Source: Micromonas pusilla
Lineage: Eukaryota
DNA: 32,000 bases
Assembly (NCBI GenBank): GCA_000151265.1
Contig: GG663746.1
Location: 404,863 to 436,862, forward strand
Reading direction: 5' to 3'
Positions 19,034-28,723 of this stretch are shown one piece after another (the stretch's first letter is position 1; each line of letters begins with the position of its first letter). The position numbers and the translations under genes are program-made. The notes below the pieces were generated by a model. That model did not search any database, was not told the origin of the DNA, and saw only the letters and a list, made by a program, of their open reading frames with translations.

Positions 19034-19907
19034 GCTTCTTCGCGGGCGCGGGCGCGGGGACCTCCGCCTTCTTCGCGACTGCCTTTTCCGCCTTTTCCGC
19101 CTTTTCCGCCGCCTTCTTTGCCAAAGCCGCTGCCGCCTTCTCCGCCTTTTCCGCCGCACTTGCGTCCAACTCCGTCACCGCGCCGTTCCTCAGATCTTTC
19201 TTCTCCAGCGACCCCTCGTACCTCCAGTGCTCGTCGTACTTCCCGGTGAGCACCATCTTCAGATCCGGCTTCCCCCGGCCCGGGGCGTCGCTCTTCAGAC
19301 GCGTCGAGAGCACGCGCTCGACGTCCTCGGCGCGCCGCTCGATGATCTCCGCCTTGACGAGAATGATCTCCCTCTGTTCCGCGTCGTCGTCGAACATGAA
19401 CACCATCGTGTCGTACGCCGGCATCACCTTGAGCTTGGTCCCGCGCGCGCCGACGAACTTCTGAAGCCCCGCGCGCGTCGCCGCGAGGACGCCGACGAGG
19501 ACGCCGCCGCCGCCGGGTTTGTTTTCCTCGTGGAATTCGTTCACCTGCATCGCGACGCCGTCCGCGAACCTCACGATCGCGCCTCTGGAGACGCTCACCC
19601 AGCCGGTCGCGGACGTCACCGCGGGAGGCTCAGGTTCCGCGCCAGAAGCGTCGTCCGGGCGCGGGACGCGGAGGAGGACGCTTTCGCGCGGGGTGTGGCC
19701 CTTCTTCGTCGCGAGCGTCGGCTTTTTCTTCTTCGGCGACGTCGACGCGTCGGCGGAGATGGGCGGGGGCCACGCGTACACACACGCCGGTCGTCGCGCG
19801 GGATCGGACGTCGTCGCGGTCGCGGCGGCGGTTCGCGCGACCGCGGCGTGCCTCCGCGAGTCCTGCGAGTCCGGCTTCGCCGTCTTCGCGTCGTCGTCGG
19901 CGGGGGT

Positions 19908-19938
<31 letters not shown>

Positions 19939-20468
19939 TCGTCGTCGTCGATCACCTTCGCGGACTTCGTCCTCGCCGTCCGCGGCGGGTCCTTCGCCGC
20001 GCCGTCCTCGGGGTTGTTGTCCTTCCCGTCGCCTCCCTCCGTCGCCTTCGCCCTCGTGGCCTTCGCCCTCGCGGCGGGCTTCTTCTTCTTCCCGACTAGT
20101 CCTTTGGCGTTCGCGTCCGCCAGATCCTCGACCGTCCAGCTCGCGCGCGTCGGATCGACGGGATCCGTCGCCGGCACCTCGCTCGCGTCGAGATCGTCCG
20201 CGAGCCGCCACTTCGTGTTGTTCTTATCCCCGCCCTGCTCGTCCCGCGAGACTCGCGCGAAGTACGCCGTCTTCGCCTTCGGGCCCGGACCGAACATGGG
20301 CACGATGGACGCGAGCGCGGAATCCAAGCCTCTCTTGCCGAGCTCGCGGCCGCAGCGCGCGGCGCGGAGCGCGATCTCGCTCGGGGTCAGGCCATCGCTC
20401 CCGGCGTCCCTGAGGTGCTGGAGGATGACCTCGAGCCACGACCCTTCGCCGAACGACGGGACGATCAT
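17523..20468 (-). CDS. Large charged protein (981 aa): HTH-like N-terminal domain, poly-Asp, Arg/Glu coiled-coil region and an unrecognised conserved-looking C-terminal globular domain
   Basis: Long minus ORF with sensible composition. The start is set at MIVPSFGEGSWLEVILQHLRDAGSDGLTPSEIALRAA, which resembles a HARE-HTH/winged-helix N-terminus. D12 tract; RERERDRVAQEREEKARREREERDARLERERERREREERQRR. The C-terminus is LVWVMKYKYVKHGIENRLIALDEEG...IVFMCGCNSDGERREFMYRAFRAVP. The overlapping plus ORF 18321..20099 is Arg-rich noise. Confidence 0.7.
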
Positions 20469-20774
20469 CGGTCCGCGCCGCGCCCGCTCCGGGGACGAAA
20501 TGCGGGCGGTGGTCGGCAATCGCGGCAGTTGACGAAGAGCAGCGGTCCTGACGCGGACGACTGGCGGACGCGCGAGCGCTCGTTCAAATCCTAACGGCTC
20601 GGGCGGCACTTCGCACCGCGCGCGCGTCGCGTCGACGCCGGGGACGTCGCCCGCGTCGCGTCCGTCGATACGAGAGGCGCGCGAGAGAGGCGGCGACGCG
20701 TCGTCGTCCGCGCGCGAGCTTAGAGGACGCCGCGGCGCGCGGGTCGGAAGCGGTGACGACGCGGACTGCTGAAG
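20469..20774. promoter_or_regulatory. Putative bidirectional promoter between the divergent genes 17523..20468 (-) and 20775..21404 (+)
   Basis: Inferred only from the head-to-head arrangement of two ATG starts about 300 nt apart. No specific motif was recognised. Confidence 0.3.
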
Positions 20775-21404
20775 ATGCAGCGCGCGAATCTAAATCTCGC
20801 GACGGCGACGGCGCGACGCCGCGCGGCGACGCGCATCCAGTCCGCGTACCGCGGGCACCTCACCAGGCGCGAGCTCGTGGAGAACGTCCGGAAAGACTTC
20901 GAAGAGGTGATGCGACGCGTCGAGGGGCCGCTCGCGGAGGACGTCGCGCTCGCGACGACGACGCCGTTCAGCGTCGTCGAGCGGCCGTTCAGCGTGATGG
21001 GATGGGGGAAGGCGGGGTCGTCGGCGAACCTGTCGCCGCCGAGCGTCTTGGACGCGCTGGACGACTCCACGACGCTGTCGCCGTCGCCGGAGCCGCCGAC
21101 GCGCGCGGCGAGGGTCGAGGAGGACGAGGACGAGGAGGACGAGGAGAGAGGCGGGGGCGCGCGCGCGGCGAAGAAGGCTGCCGCGGCGATCGACGCGGCG
21201 AGCGCGCGTCGGGGAGGAGACGGAGACGGCGTCGTCGACGTCGGCGTCGGCGACGAGGACGACGACGAGGCGACGACGAGCGCGCTGCGGCAGGAGCTCG
21301 CGTGGGCGCAGGCCGCGCTGGACGACAGGAGGCAGCATCTGCGACGGATGCGGATGCGCGCGCAGCAGGCGTCGACGCGGCGCGCGGCGCCCGCGGGGTG
21401 GTGA
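20775..21404 (+). CDS. Hypothetical IQ-motif protein (209 aa)
   Basis: ATG ORF divergent from the 17523..20468 gene. It has a canonical IQ calmodulin-binding motif near the N-terminus (AATRIQSAYRGHLTRR) and an acidic central tract. The two overlapping minus ORFs are Arg/Ser-rich and lack motifs. Confidence 0.55.
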   Translation: MQRANLNLATATARRRAATRIQSAYRGHLTRRELVENVRKDFEEVMRRVEGPLAEDVALATTTPFSVVERPFSVMGWGKAGSSANLSPPSVLDALDDSTTLSPSPEPPTRAARVEEDEDEEDEERGGGARAAKKAAAAIDAASARRGGDGDGVVDVGVGDEDDDEATTSALRQELAWAQAALDDRRQHLRRMRMRAQQASTRRAAPAGW

Positions 21405-21717
21405 ACGAGAGACGACGACGCGACCGCGTCCGACGCGCGCGCGCCGTGGTGGGAACCTGCGCGCGCTCGACGAACGTGCGAGCCGCGAAGCACCGCCCGT
21501 AGAAGCACGAAAATATAGTTTCAATCGCGCGTCCTCGCGCCTCGACTCGGACTCTAAGAGACCGCGTCGATCCATCAAAACGCCTCCTCCTCGCGGAAAA
21601 ATCAATCACACTCATCGACCTCATCCCCTCGCCTCCATCGCGCGCGACGAGCCCCCCGCCTCCGTCGCGCGCCCCCACGCGCCCTTCTCGACGCCCTCCG
21701 CCCGCCTCCTGTAGTGA

Positions 21718-23278
21718 TTACTTGTTATCGGACGGGCGCTCCTTGCCCTCCCACGTCGCGTTCCACTGCTTATCGTAGAACGTCGCCTCGTCCGCGAGAA
21801 CGCCGAGCGTGTCCAAGTCGTCCAGACGCCGCACGAAGAGGCAAAACGCGACGGTGACGAAGATGGCCGTCTTCCCGAGGAAGCTCTGGTGCAAGTCCAC
21901 GAGCCCGGCGCCGCCGGCGGCGTCGATGAGGTACGCGAACGCGTACCCAACCATCGCGGCGCGGCCGTTGATCTTCTCCGCCTCCGGGAGATGGAACCGC
22001 TTCACCCAGACCCACCACGGGACGATTGAAGTGTCGAACAAGCCGTCCTCGTCGTACACCGCGGGGCAATCCTCCAGGGCTTCGGGTCGTTCCACACGAG
22101 CGATTGTCGGGGTGGAGTTCAAAGGCGTCAGAAGCGGAGTTGAAAGGCGTCGATGGCGGGGATTGAAAGCAAAGCGAGGGACCCTGGGCGGAGAGACACG
22201 CCGGGAAAAGTCCTTAAGGATCGGCGTTCACCACGCCGACGCGGTCGTACGGGGACCAGTGTGACATAGAACGCGCCTTTGCGGTGGACAACCTCCGCGT
22301 CGATGACCGCGTTCCAGTCCGTCTCGCCGTCAGCGAGCTTGAACTGGGAGAGGTCCCACGTCCCGTTGACCCATCGCGGGTCGGACCACACCGCGTTGTC
22401 GGCGTTGGCGGCGCGCGTCGCCGCGGCGGACGACGCGGCGGCGGCGCGCGCGGCGGCGCCCGCGTCCTTGCCGGCAGCCTTTTCGCCCTCGAGCGTGCCG
22501 CCGCGCTCGAGCGGGCCGGGCGCGCGCGTCTTCGTCTCGGCCGCGACGCGCGTCACGACGGAGGACCTGGACGAAGCAAGAGTCGTTCGGAGGAGAGAAG
22601 AGTGGGTGGAGGAGACGAAGAGGTGAGCGGGGCCGTCCGTCGGTCGTCGTCGTCGCGAGAGACGGACGTGGTGAACGAATGAATGATGACTTTTGCGCGT
22701 GCTGGGAACACAGAGAAGAAAGCGGCACGTTTCCGCGGCCGATCGCGGCGCCGGAGTCGCCGCGGACGCGCGCACGCGAAGCTCGACGACGACGTTCCGG
22801 GGCGCGGACGCTCGCGCGAAGTCGCGCGCGGACGCCGTCGCGGTTTAAGCGCGCGTCCGCGCGGAGCGACGCGCGACGCGCGCGACACGCGCGCGCGCAC
22901 CGCAACCCTGATGGGATTTCAGATAACCCTCCGGAAGGAGGGTCGAAAAAGACGGGACGGCGCGTCGACGGACGCGTCGCGCGCGGGGCGCAAGCGAGGC
23001 GAAAGCGCACCTGGACTTGGCAGCCTTGGCGGAGCGCGCGACCCTGGAGTGCGAGGCGGAGGAGGGGCGACGCGTCAGCGATCGTGAACGCGTCCGGCGG
23101 GGTCGTTCGCGCGAGGGTGGCATCGCGCGACTTTCTCCGATTGAACCTCGCGAGCGAGCGAAAAAAGCGAGCGGGATTCCCCGGAGACGCGAGACGCGTC
23201 GAGCGGCGAGACGCACTTGGAGGTCGCGGCCACCTTGTTCACCGCGAAGGTGGCAGTGCTAGCGATGGACATGGACAT
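21718..23278 (-). CDS. LHC-like (ELIP/SEP/OHP superfamily) chlorophyll-binding-motif protein; exons 23278..23217, 22566..22277, 22079..21718 (237 aa)
   Basis: LHC helix motif: LPEAEKINGRAAMVGYAFAYLID. Removing the repeat intron (22080..22276) joins AEVVHRK-A-LEDCPAVYDEDGLF in phase 1. The proposed first exon MSMSIASTATFAVNKVAATSK (donor GTGCGT at 23216, acceptor cttcgtccAG at 22567, phase 2) gives a plastid transit-peptide-like N-terminus. The alternative unspliced start at 22775 gives an implausible leader. Confidence 0.75.
22080..22276 (-). mobile_element. Introner-element-like repeat intron, copy 4 (197 nt, GC-AG, phase 1) in the LHC-like gene
   Basis: Minus strand: gcgcgttctatgtcacactggtccccgtacgacc...gatccttaaggac...gacgcctttcaactccgcttctgacgcctttgaactccaccccgacaatcgctcgtgtggaacgacccgaag. 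Confidence 0.9.
22567..23216 (-). other. Predicted 650-nt first intron (GT-AG, phase 2) of the LHC-like gene
   Basis: Donor gtgcgtctc. The 3' end is pyrimidine-rich with lower GC (cactcttctctcctccgaacgactcttgcttcgtccag). Supported only by frame and transit-peptide logic. Confidence 0.45.
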
Positions 23279-23852
23279 TTTGATTGTGCGTTCGAGCGGC
23301 GTTGACGCGCGCGTAACGGCGATGAGTGCCCCGCGCGCGCGGTCGCTGGTCGGTTTTCTCCGCAAAAAAAATAAATCTTTCGATTCACATTTCGATCTCG
23401 GCCAATCACAGCGCTCGATCTCCATATCGCTTCCACCTGCTTCCGGTGTCGACTTTCGTACGAGGCCACGGTAAGAAACCGGTCGGAATTCGTACTACGG
23501 GAAACGTATAAACGGTCCCCGCTGGCGTTGTTCGCTTTTTTCTCCAGATCGCGGGCGGGTTTCCGACTTTCGTTCGTTCGTTCGTTCGTCAAAGTTCTGT
23601 TATCACAAGCGTGCTCTCCACGCGGCTCGCCGGAGGCCCCAGCCTCCGACGAACTCGCGGGCAGTCTTCTACCGCGTGCATATTCTACGTCCTACTAATT
23701 CTGTTCGTATACGTGCGTACCCCCCCGAGCAGAGATCTCAGATCTCAGCTCCTCCGTCCGTCCACATCCGTCGCCGCCCGGTCTGTCGACGCGTATTACG
23801 ATCGCGTCGATCGCCGCCCGCCGCCGGACGATCACGTCCGTCGTCGCGTCCA

Positions 23853-26800
23853 TCACCGCGGCCCGACGTCTTGCGTCTTCATGGACCCGCCAATCTCGAG
23901 GTCGTCGTCCTCGCCGTGGTCCTCGACGACGGTGCCGTCCGCGAGGATCTTCATCTTCGTCTCGTCTTTTTCTTTTTCTTTTTCAATCCTCTCCCTCGTC
24001 GCCTCCTTCTCCGCCACAACCTTCGCGTTGGCGGGGAGGACGTTGTTACGCTGCTCCTCGCCCATCTGCTCTTCGGTGGCGTCGGAATCATTCTCCTCGC
24101 CGCTCAGCTCGATCGAGAACACGCTCTCCGGCGGCTCGTCGTCCTTCTCCGCGGGCGTCATCTTCGGGCGGTTCTCAACGCGCTCGCGCGCCGGCGGCCG
24201 CGCCGGCTCCGGGACGAAGGATTCCTTGGCGTACGCCGTCGCCGCCGCCGCGGAGGCGTCGGCGGCGAGGATCGCCGCGGCGGCGTCCGCCACCTCGCTC
24301 GATCGTTGCGCGTTCTGGGCCTCCGCGGCGATGTTCTCGCGGAGCTCTTCCTCGAGCTTCGCGGCTTGCGCGATCTGGGACTCGAAGTCGTCGAGATCGT
24401 CGTCGACGGCGGCGGGGACGTCGGCGATCAGGGAGACGGCGTTCGAGACGCTCTCCTTCGTCAGCGAGGAGATCTCCTCCAAGACGCGGTAGTACTCGCT
24501 CCCGTCGATGAGCGCCTGCTCCGTGCGCAGCTCGTTCACGCAGTCCCTGAGAAGCTTCGTGGAGCCAACCTCCTGTACGCTCCCGTCAAGCGAGTGCAGC
24601 AGGATGGGCGACTGCATCGGATCCGGGACCCAGCTGTCGCAGACTTCGACCAGGACAACCTCGTCGTGCAGCGACGCGTGCAGCGCCAACGTCCGGTTGT
24701 TCCCGTGCTGCCACACCGCGGTCTCCTCCGGGTCCGCGGAGTTGTCGTCCACGACGACGTACTTGTACTCGTACGTGTCGTCCGCGTGGATCGGCGTGGT
24801 GATCGTCCACAGCCCGCCCTCGGACCAACGCATCGGAAACGCGTTGGCGAGGTTCCAGTCGTTCCACGTCCCGACCATGGCGACGCGCTGCCCCGGGAGC
24901 GTGTCCACGAGAATCTCGAACTTCACCGGGATGTCCGCGTCGGTGGTGGACGCCGCGGACTTCTTCGCGTCGACGACGCGGCCCATGCGTTGGTTGTGAC
25001 GAAGCATCTGCGCCGCGTTGTCGCGCGCGGCGACGTGCGCCCTCACCATCGTCTCCTCGAGCTCGGCAATCTTCCTCTCCATCGCGATCGCCTGCTTCTC
25101 GTGCTTCGCCCTGAGCTCCCGCGCGAGAACCTCCTCCGCGTACTTGACGTCGTCGTCCTTCGCGGCGTCGGCGCCGGCAGCCGCGAGCTTCTCGTACGCT
25201 TCCTCGAGCTCCGCCTTGACGACGGCGAGCGCGGCGTCGCGCTCCTCGAGTTTGCGCTGAATGATGTCGCGCTCCGCCTCGATCGCGAGCACCGCGCGCT
25301 TCGCGTCGTCGAACGCGTCGTCCTTCGCGGCGAGCTCCGCCGCGAGCGCGCTGATCTCGGTCGCCTTGCCCTCCAAGATCTCATCCGCGGTGGACGCGAG
25401 GTCGTTCTTCGCCGCCGCGAGCGCCTCCGTCGCGTCGTTGAGCTCGGCGTTCATCGCGGCGAGCGCGGATCGCACGCCGTCGAGCGCCGCCTCGGACTCC
25501 TCGAGCTGGGCCCTGAGGTCCGCGACCTCCGCCTCGTGCTCCGCCTTGAGCGCCGCGACGACGGCGTCGTGCTCCGTCTCGAGGCGCTTCCTCATGAGCG
25601 TCGCGTCCGCCTCGGACTCGTCGAGCTGATCCGTCAGGGACCTGATCTCCGCAGCCTTGGCGGCCACCTCGCGCTCTTTCGCGTCTCTGAGCGCGTCCGT
25701 GGTCTCGATGAGCGACGCGCGGATCGTCTCCACCTCCTCGCGAAGGCGTGACGCCTCCGAGAGCGTCCGCGCGAGCGTCTCTTCCGAGTCCGCGGCGGCG
25801 TCGCCGGACGTCTTCCGGTCCGCGTCAATCGCGGCTTTGAGGAAGGAAATCTCGCTCTTCGCCTCCTCGAGCGCCTTCTCCGCGGCGACGCGCTCCTCGG
25901 ACGCGAGCGTCATCTCCCTGCGCGCCGCCTCGAGCGCTTCGCTCGTCGCGATCGCATCCGCATCCGCCTCGTCGTCGTCCTTCTTCTCCTCCGCGGCCGA
26001 CGCCTCGAACGCCGCGAGCTTGGCGTCGACGGCGGCGAATCGCTCCTCGACCTCCGCCACCGCCTCGCGCGTCGACGCGAGCTTCGCCTCGGCGTCCTTC
26101 GCCTCCTTCCTCGCCTTCGCCAGCGCATCGAGGTTCTCGTCGTGCTCCTTCTCGAGCTGCAGAAAGTTCTTCTTCGTCTCCGCCTCCCACCGCTCGCGGT
26201 CCGCGCGCCACGCCTCGAGCGCGTCGCCGCGTTCGATCGCCGCGGCGATCTTCGCCTCCGCGTCGGCTTGAAACGCCTTCATCTCCGCCTCCATCTTATC
26301 CCGCGCGATCGTCACCGTCTCGAGCTGGCACATGAGCGTCTTCCTCGACCCCTCCGCGCGGTCGAGGTCGCCCTGGAGCGAGTTCAGGAGCTTCTCGCGG
26401 CGCTCGAGCTTCTGGCGAATCTCGGCGACGCCGCTGAGGTCCGACTGCAGCACGGCGCGGTCGGCGAACTCCTTCTGGAGCTCCTCCGCGAGGTTCGCCT
26501 TGGCTTCCCTCGCCGCCTCCGCCTCCTTCTCCGCCTCCTTCTTCGCCTTGTGCGCGTTCGAGAGCTCTCTCCTGAGTTCGAGCGTCTCCTCGAGCTGGCG
26601 TTCGAGGTCTGCCTTCGCCGCCTCGGCGGCTTGCTTGAACTCCTCCGCCGTCGCCTTCAGACTCTCCGCCATCTCCAGCGCCGCCGTCGTGTCCTCGTTC
26701 TCCGTGGACGCGGGCGCGAGCTCGTTCTCGTCGCGCAGCTCCCCGAGCTTCTCCTCGAGCACCTCGAGCTCCGCGGAGAGCTGCTTCTGGTGCTCCAGCC

Positions 26801-27114
26801 TCGCCGCGGACGTCGCTCTGTGCTCCTCCAGCTGTCGCAGCTGCTCGCGCTGCGCCCTCGCCCATCGCCTGGACGCGACGAGCAGCGCGGCGATCGGCGT
26901 GAACGGCGCGGCGAGGAACGCCGCGCGCTGCCACGTCGGCACCTCCGCGACGAGCATCCTCGCGAGCTCGCTCGCGGTGTACGACGGCGCGGCGGAGATG
27001 CCCCCGGCTTTGGCCGCCGCCGCCTCGGGCGCGCCGAGCGGCACCGGGAGAGTCCCCGCGTCGATCTCCGCGGACATCATCACCAGCGACGCGGCGGTCG
27101 ACGCCTCGGTCGCG

Positions 27115-27145
<31 letters not shown>

Positions 27146-27725
27146 GGTCGCGCGGGGGGACCGGTCGCGACGTCCCGCGCATGACGAGCGAGGAGATGCC
27201 GGCGCCCGCGACGGCGGCGCCGGCGTTGAGCGCGGCGTCGGAGAACGCGACCGCGGGTTTCGGGAGCGCGAGCGTCGCCGCGACGGACGCGACGGACGCG
27301 AGCGCGAACTTCGCCCTGCGCGTCCACGATATCGGAGCCGCCTGGGGAGATGGGGAGAGGGAGGGAGGGAGGGAGGAGGAGATCAGATCAGATCTGGGGG
27401 CGGCGCGAGAGAATGAATTGAATCGTGAAAGTTCGTCTCGGCGCGCGCGATCGATCGCGTTTGAACGCCGCGCGCGCGACGCCGGAGACGGCGAGCGACG
27501 CACCTTGACGGCGTCCGGCGCGAGGACGGATCGCGGCGGTTCGGGTTCAGGGAACGTGAAGATCACGTCGCCGTTTTCGGAGACGCGCTTCGCGCTCGGG
27601 GCGTCCTCGGACGCGCGCGCGCGCACGAGGACGACGCGGCATCGCGCGCTCGACGCGACGCGGCGACCGCGCGAGATTTTCAGCGACGCGACGGGCGCCG
27701 ACGTCGGCGACGCGATCGCGGACAT
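23853..27725 (-). CDS. Plastid-targeted long coiled-coil protein with a C-terminal CBM20-type starch-binding domain (1290 aa)
   Basis: Single ATG ORF. Transit-peptide-like MSAIASPTSAPVASLKISRGRRVASSARCRVV. About 650 aa of heptad-like Ala/Glu/Lys/Leu sequence. CBM20-like block (about 24620-24935): IPVKFEILVDTLPGQRVAMVGTWNDWNLANAFPMRWSEGGLWTITTPIHADDTYEYKYVVVDDN..AVWQHGNNRTL. Acidic tail. Confidence 0.85.
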
Positions 27726-28526
27726 GTTCGCGACGCGAGCGATGCTCCTTCACGCGCTGCTCGCGGACGCGATACGCGGCGCGCGGAGGCTCGAGGACGC
27801 GCGCGCGGGGAGACGCGCGCGCTCGCCGAGGGAGGAGGTTCGCGGTTTTTTCCCGAGTGTCAGCGCCTGCGCTGGAGGCGGGACGCTCGCGGATTCCGCG
27901 CCCGCGCGCTCGACGCGACGCGCGATTCGACGATACGCTCGCTGCGACGCCTCGAGAAGAGAGACGCACGCGCGCGCGGTCGATGCTCGAAGAGGGAAGA
28001 CGACGTCGCGATGCACACGGCGCGCGTCTCGGAGTGCCCACGACGCTTCGCTCCGCGGCGCTTTTACACGCGTGGCGCTTTTGAAAAGCGAACGCCAATG
28101 AGATACTTCCGCGCGAATAGACCGTCGTTCTGGAATCAACGCCGAGGAAACGCCCATAGACTTTCGGTCCGTTGAAATATCGTTCTCTCGTTCGCGTGAC
28201 GGGGCACGTTTCGGTGGCCACGTGTACGCTCAACGTGTTTGCCCATACGGGCGACGTACTACGTATTCTGTACGAGGAGATCCCGAATCCCGATCGGATT
28301 CTACGATGAAAGTATCTGGGCCAAAACCACAAATATCGCGATCGAACGAATATCGCGATCGATCGATGAGTGCTGAATCGAGGTTCGGGCGACCGATGCG
28401 TCCTCAGAGTGTTTTCGCGCAGGCTGCGCGTGTCGTCGTGCGTCTCTGAAAATAACCGTCGTCGCTCACTTCTTTTCGTCAAAACCGTTCACTCCGTCTC
28501 GTTCCGCGCGTCGTCCCCCTCTCCTC

Positions 28527-28686
28527 TCAGCACCCCACGCCGCCGGCGCTCACGAACATGTCCACGAGATCGTCCTTCCTCACGTTCTTCTTCCCGACGT
28601 ACAAGTGCGCGAGGCCCATGACCTGCATCCGATGCTTCAGCTGCGCGACCGTCATCGCCTCCGCCGCGTCTCTCCTCGCGCTCGCG

Positions 28687-28723
<37 letters not shown>

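Noticed and set aside
27547-28482. 311-aa minus-strand ORF in the spacer between the GBP and CBM20 genes.
   Set aside because: It crosses an AT-richer, motif-poor region with atypical codon usage (many AT-ending codons), has no recognisable domains, and overlaps the start of the CBM20 gene. It is most likely promoter/UTR sequence.
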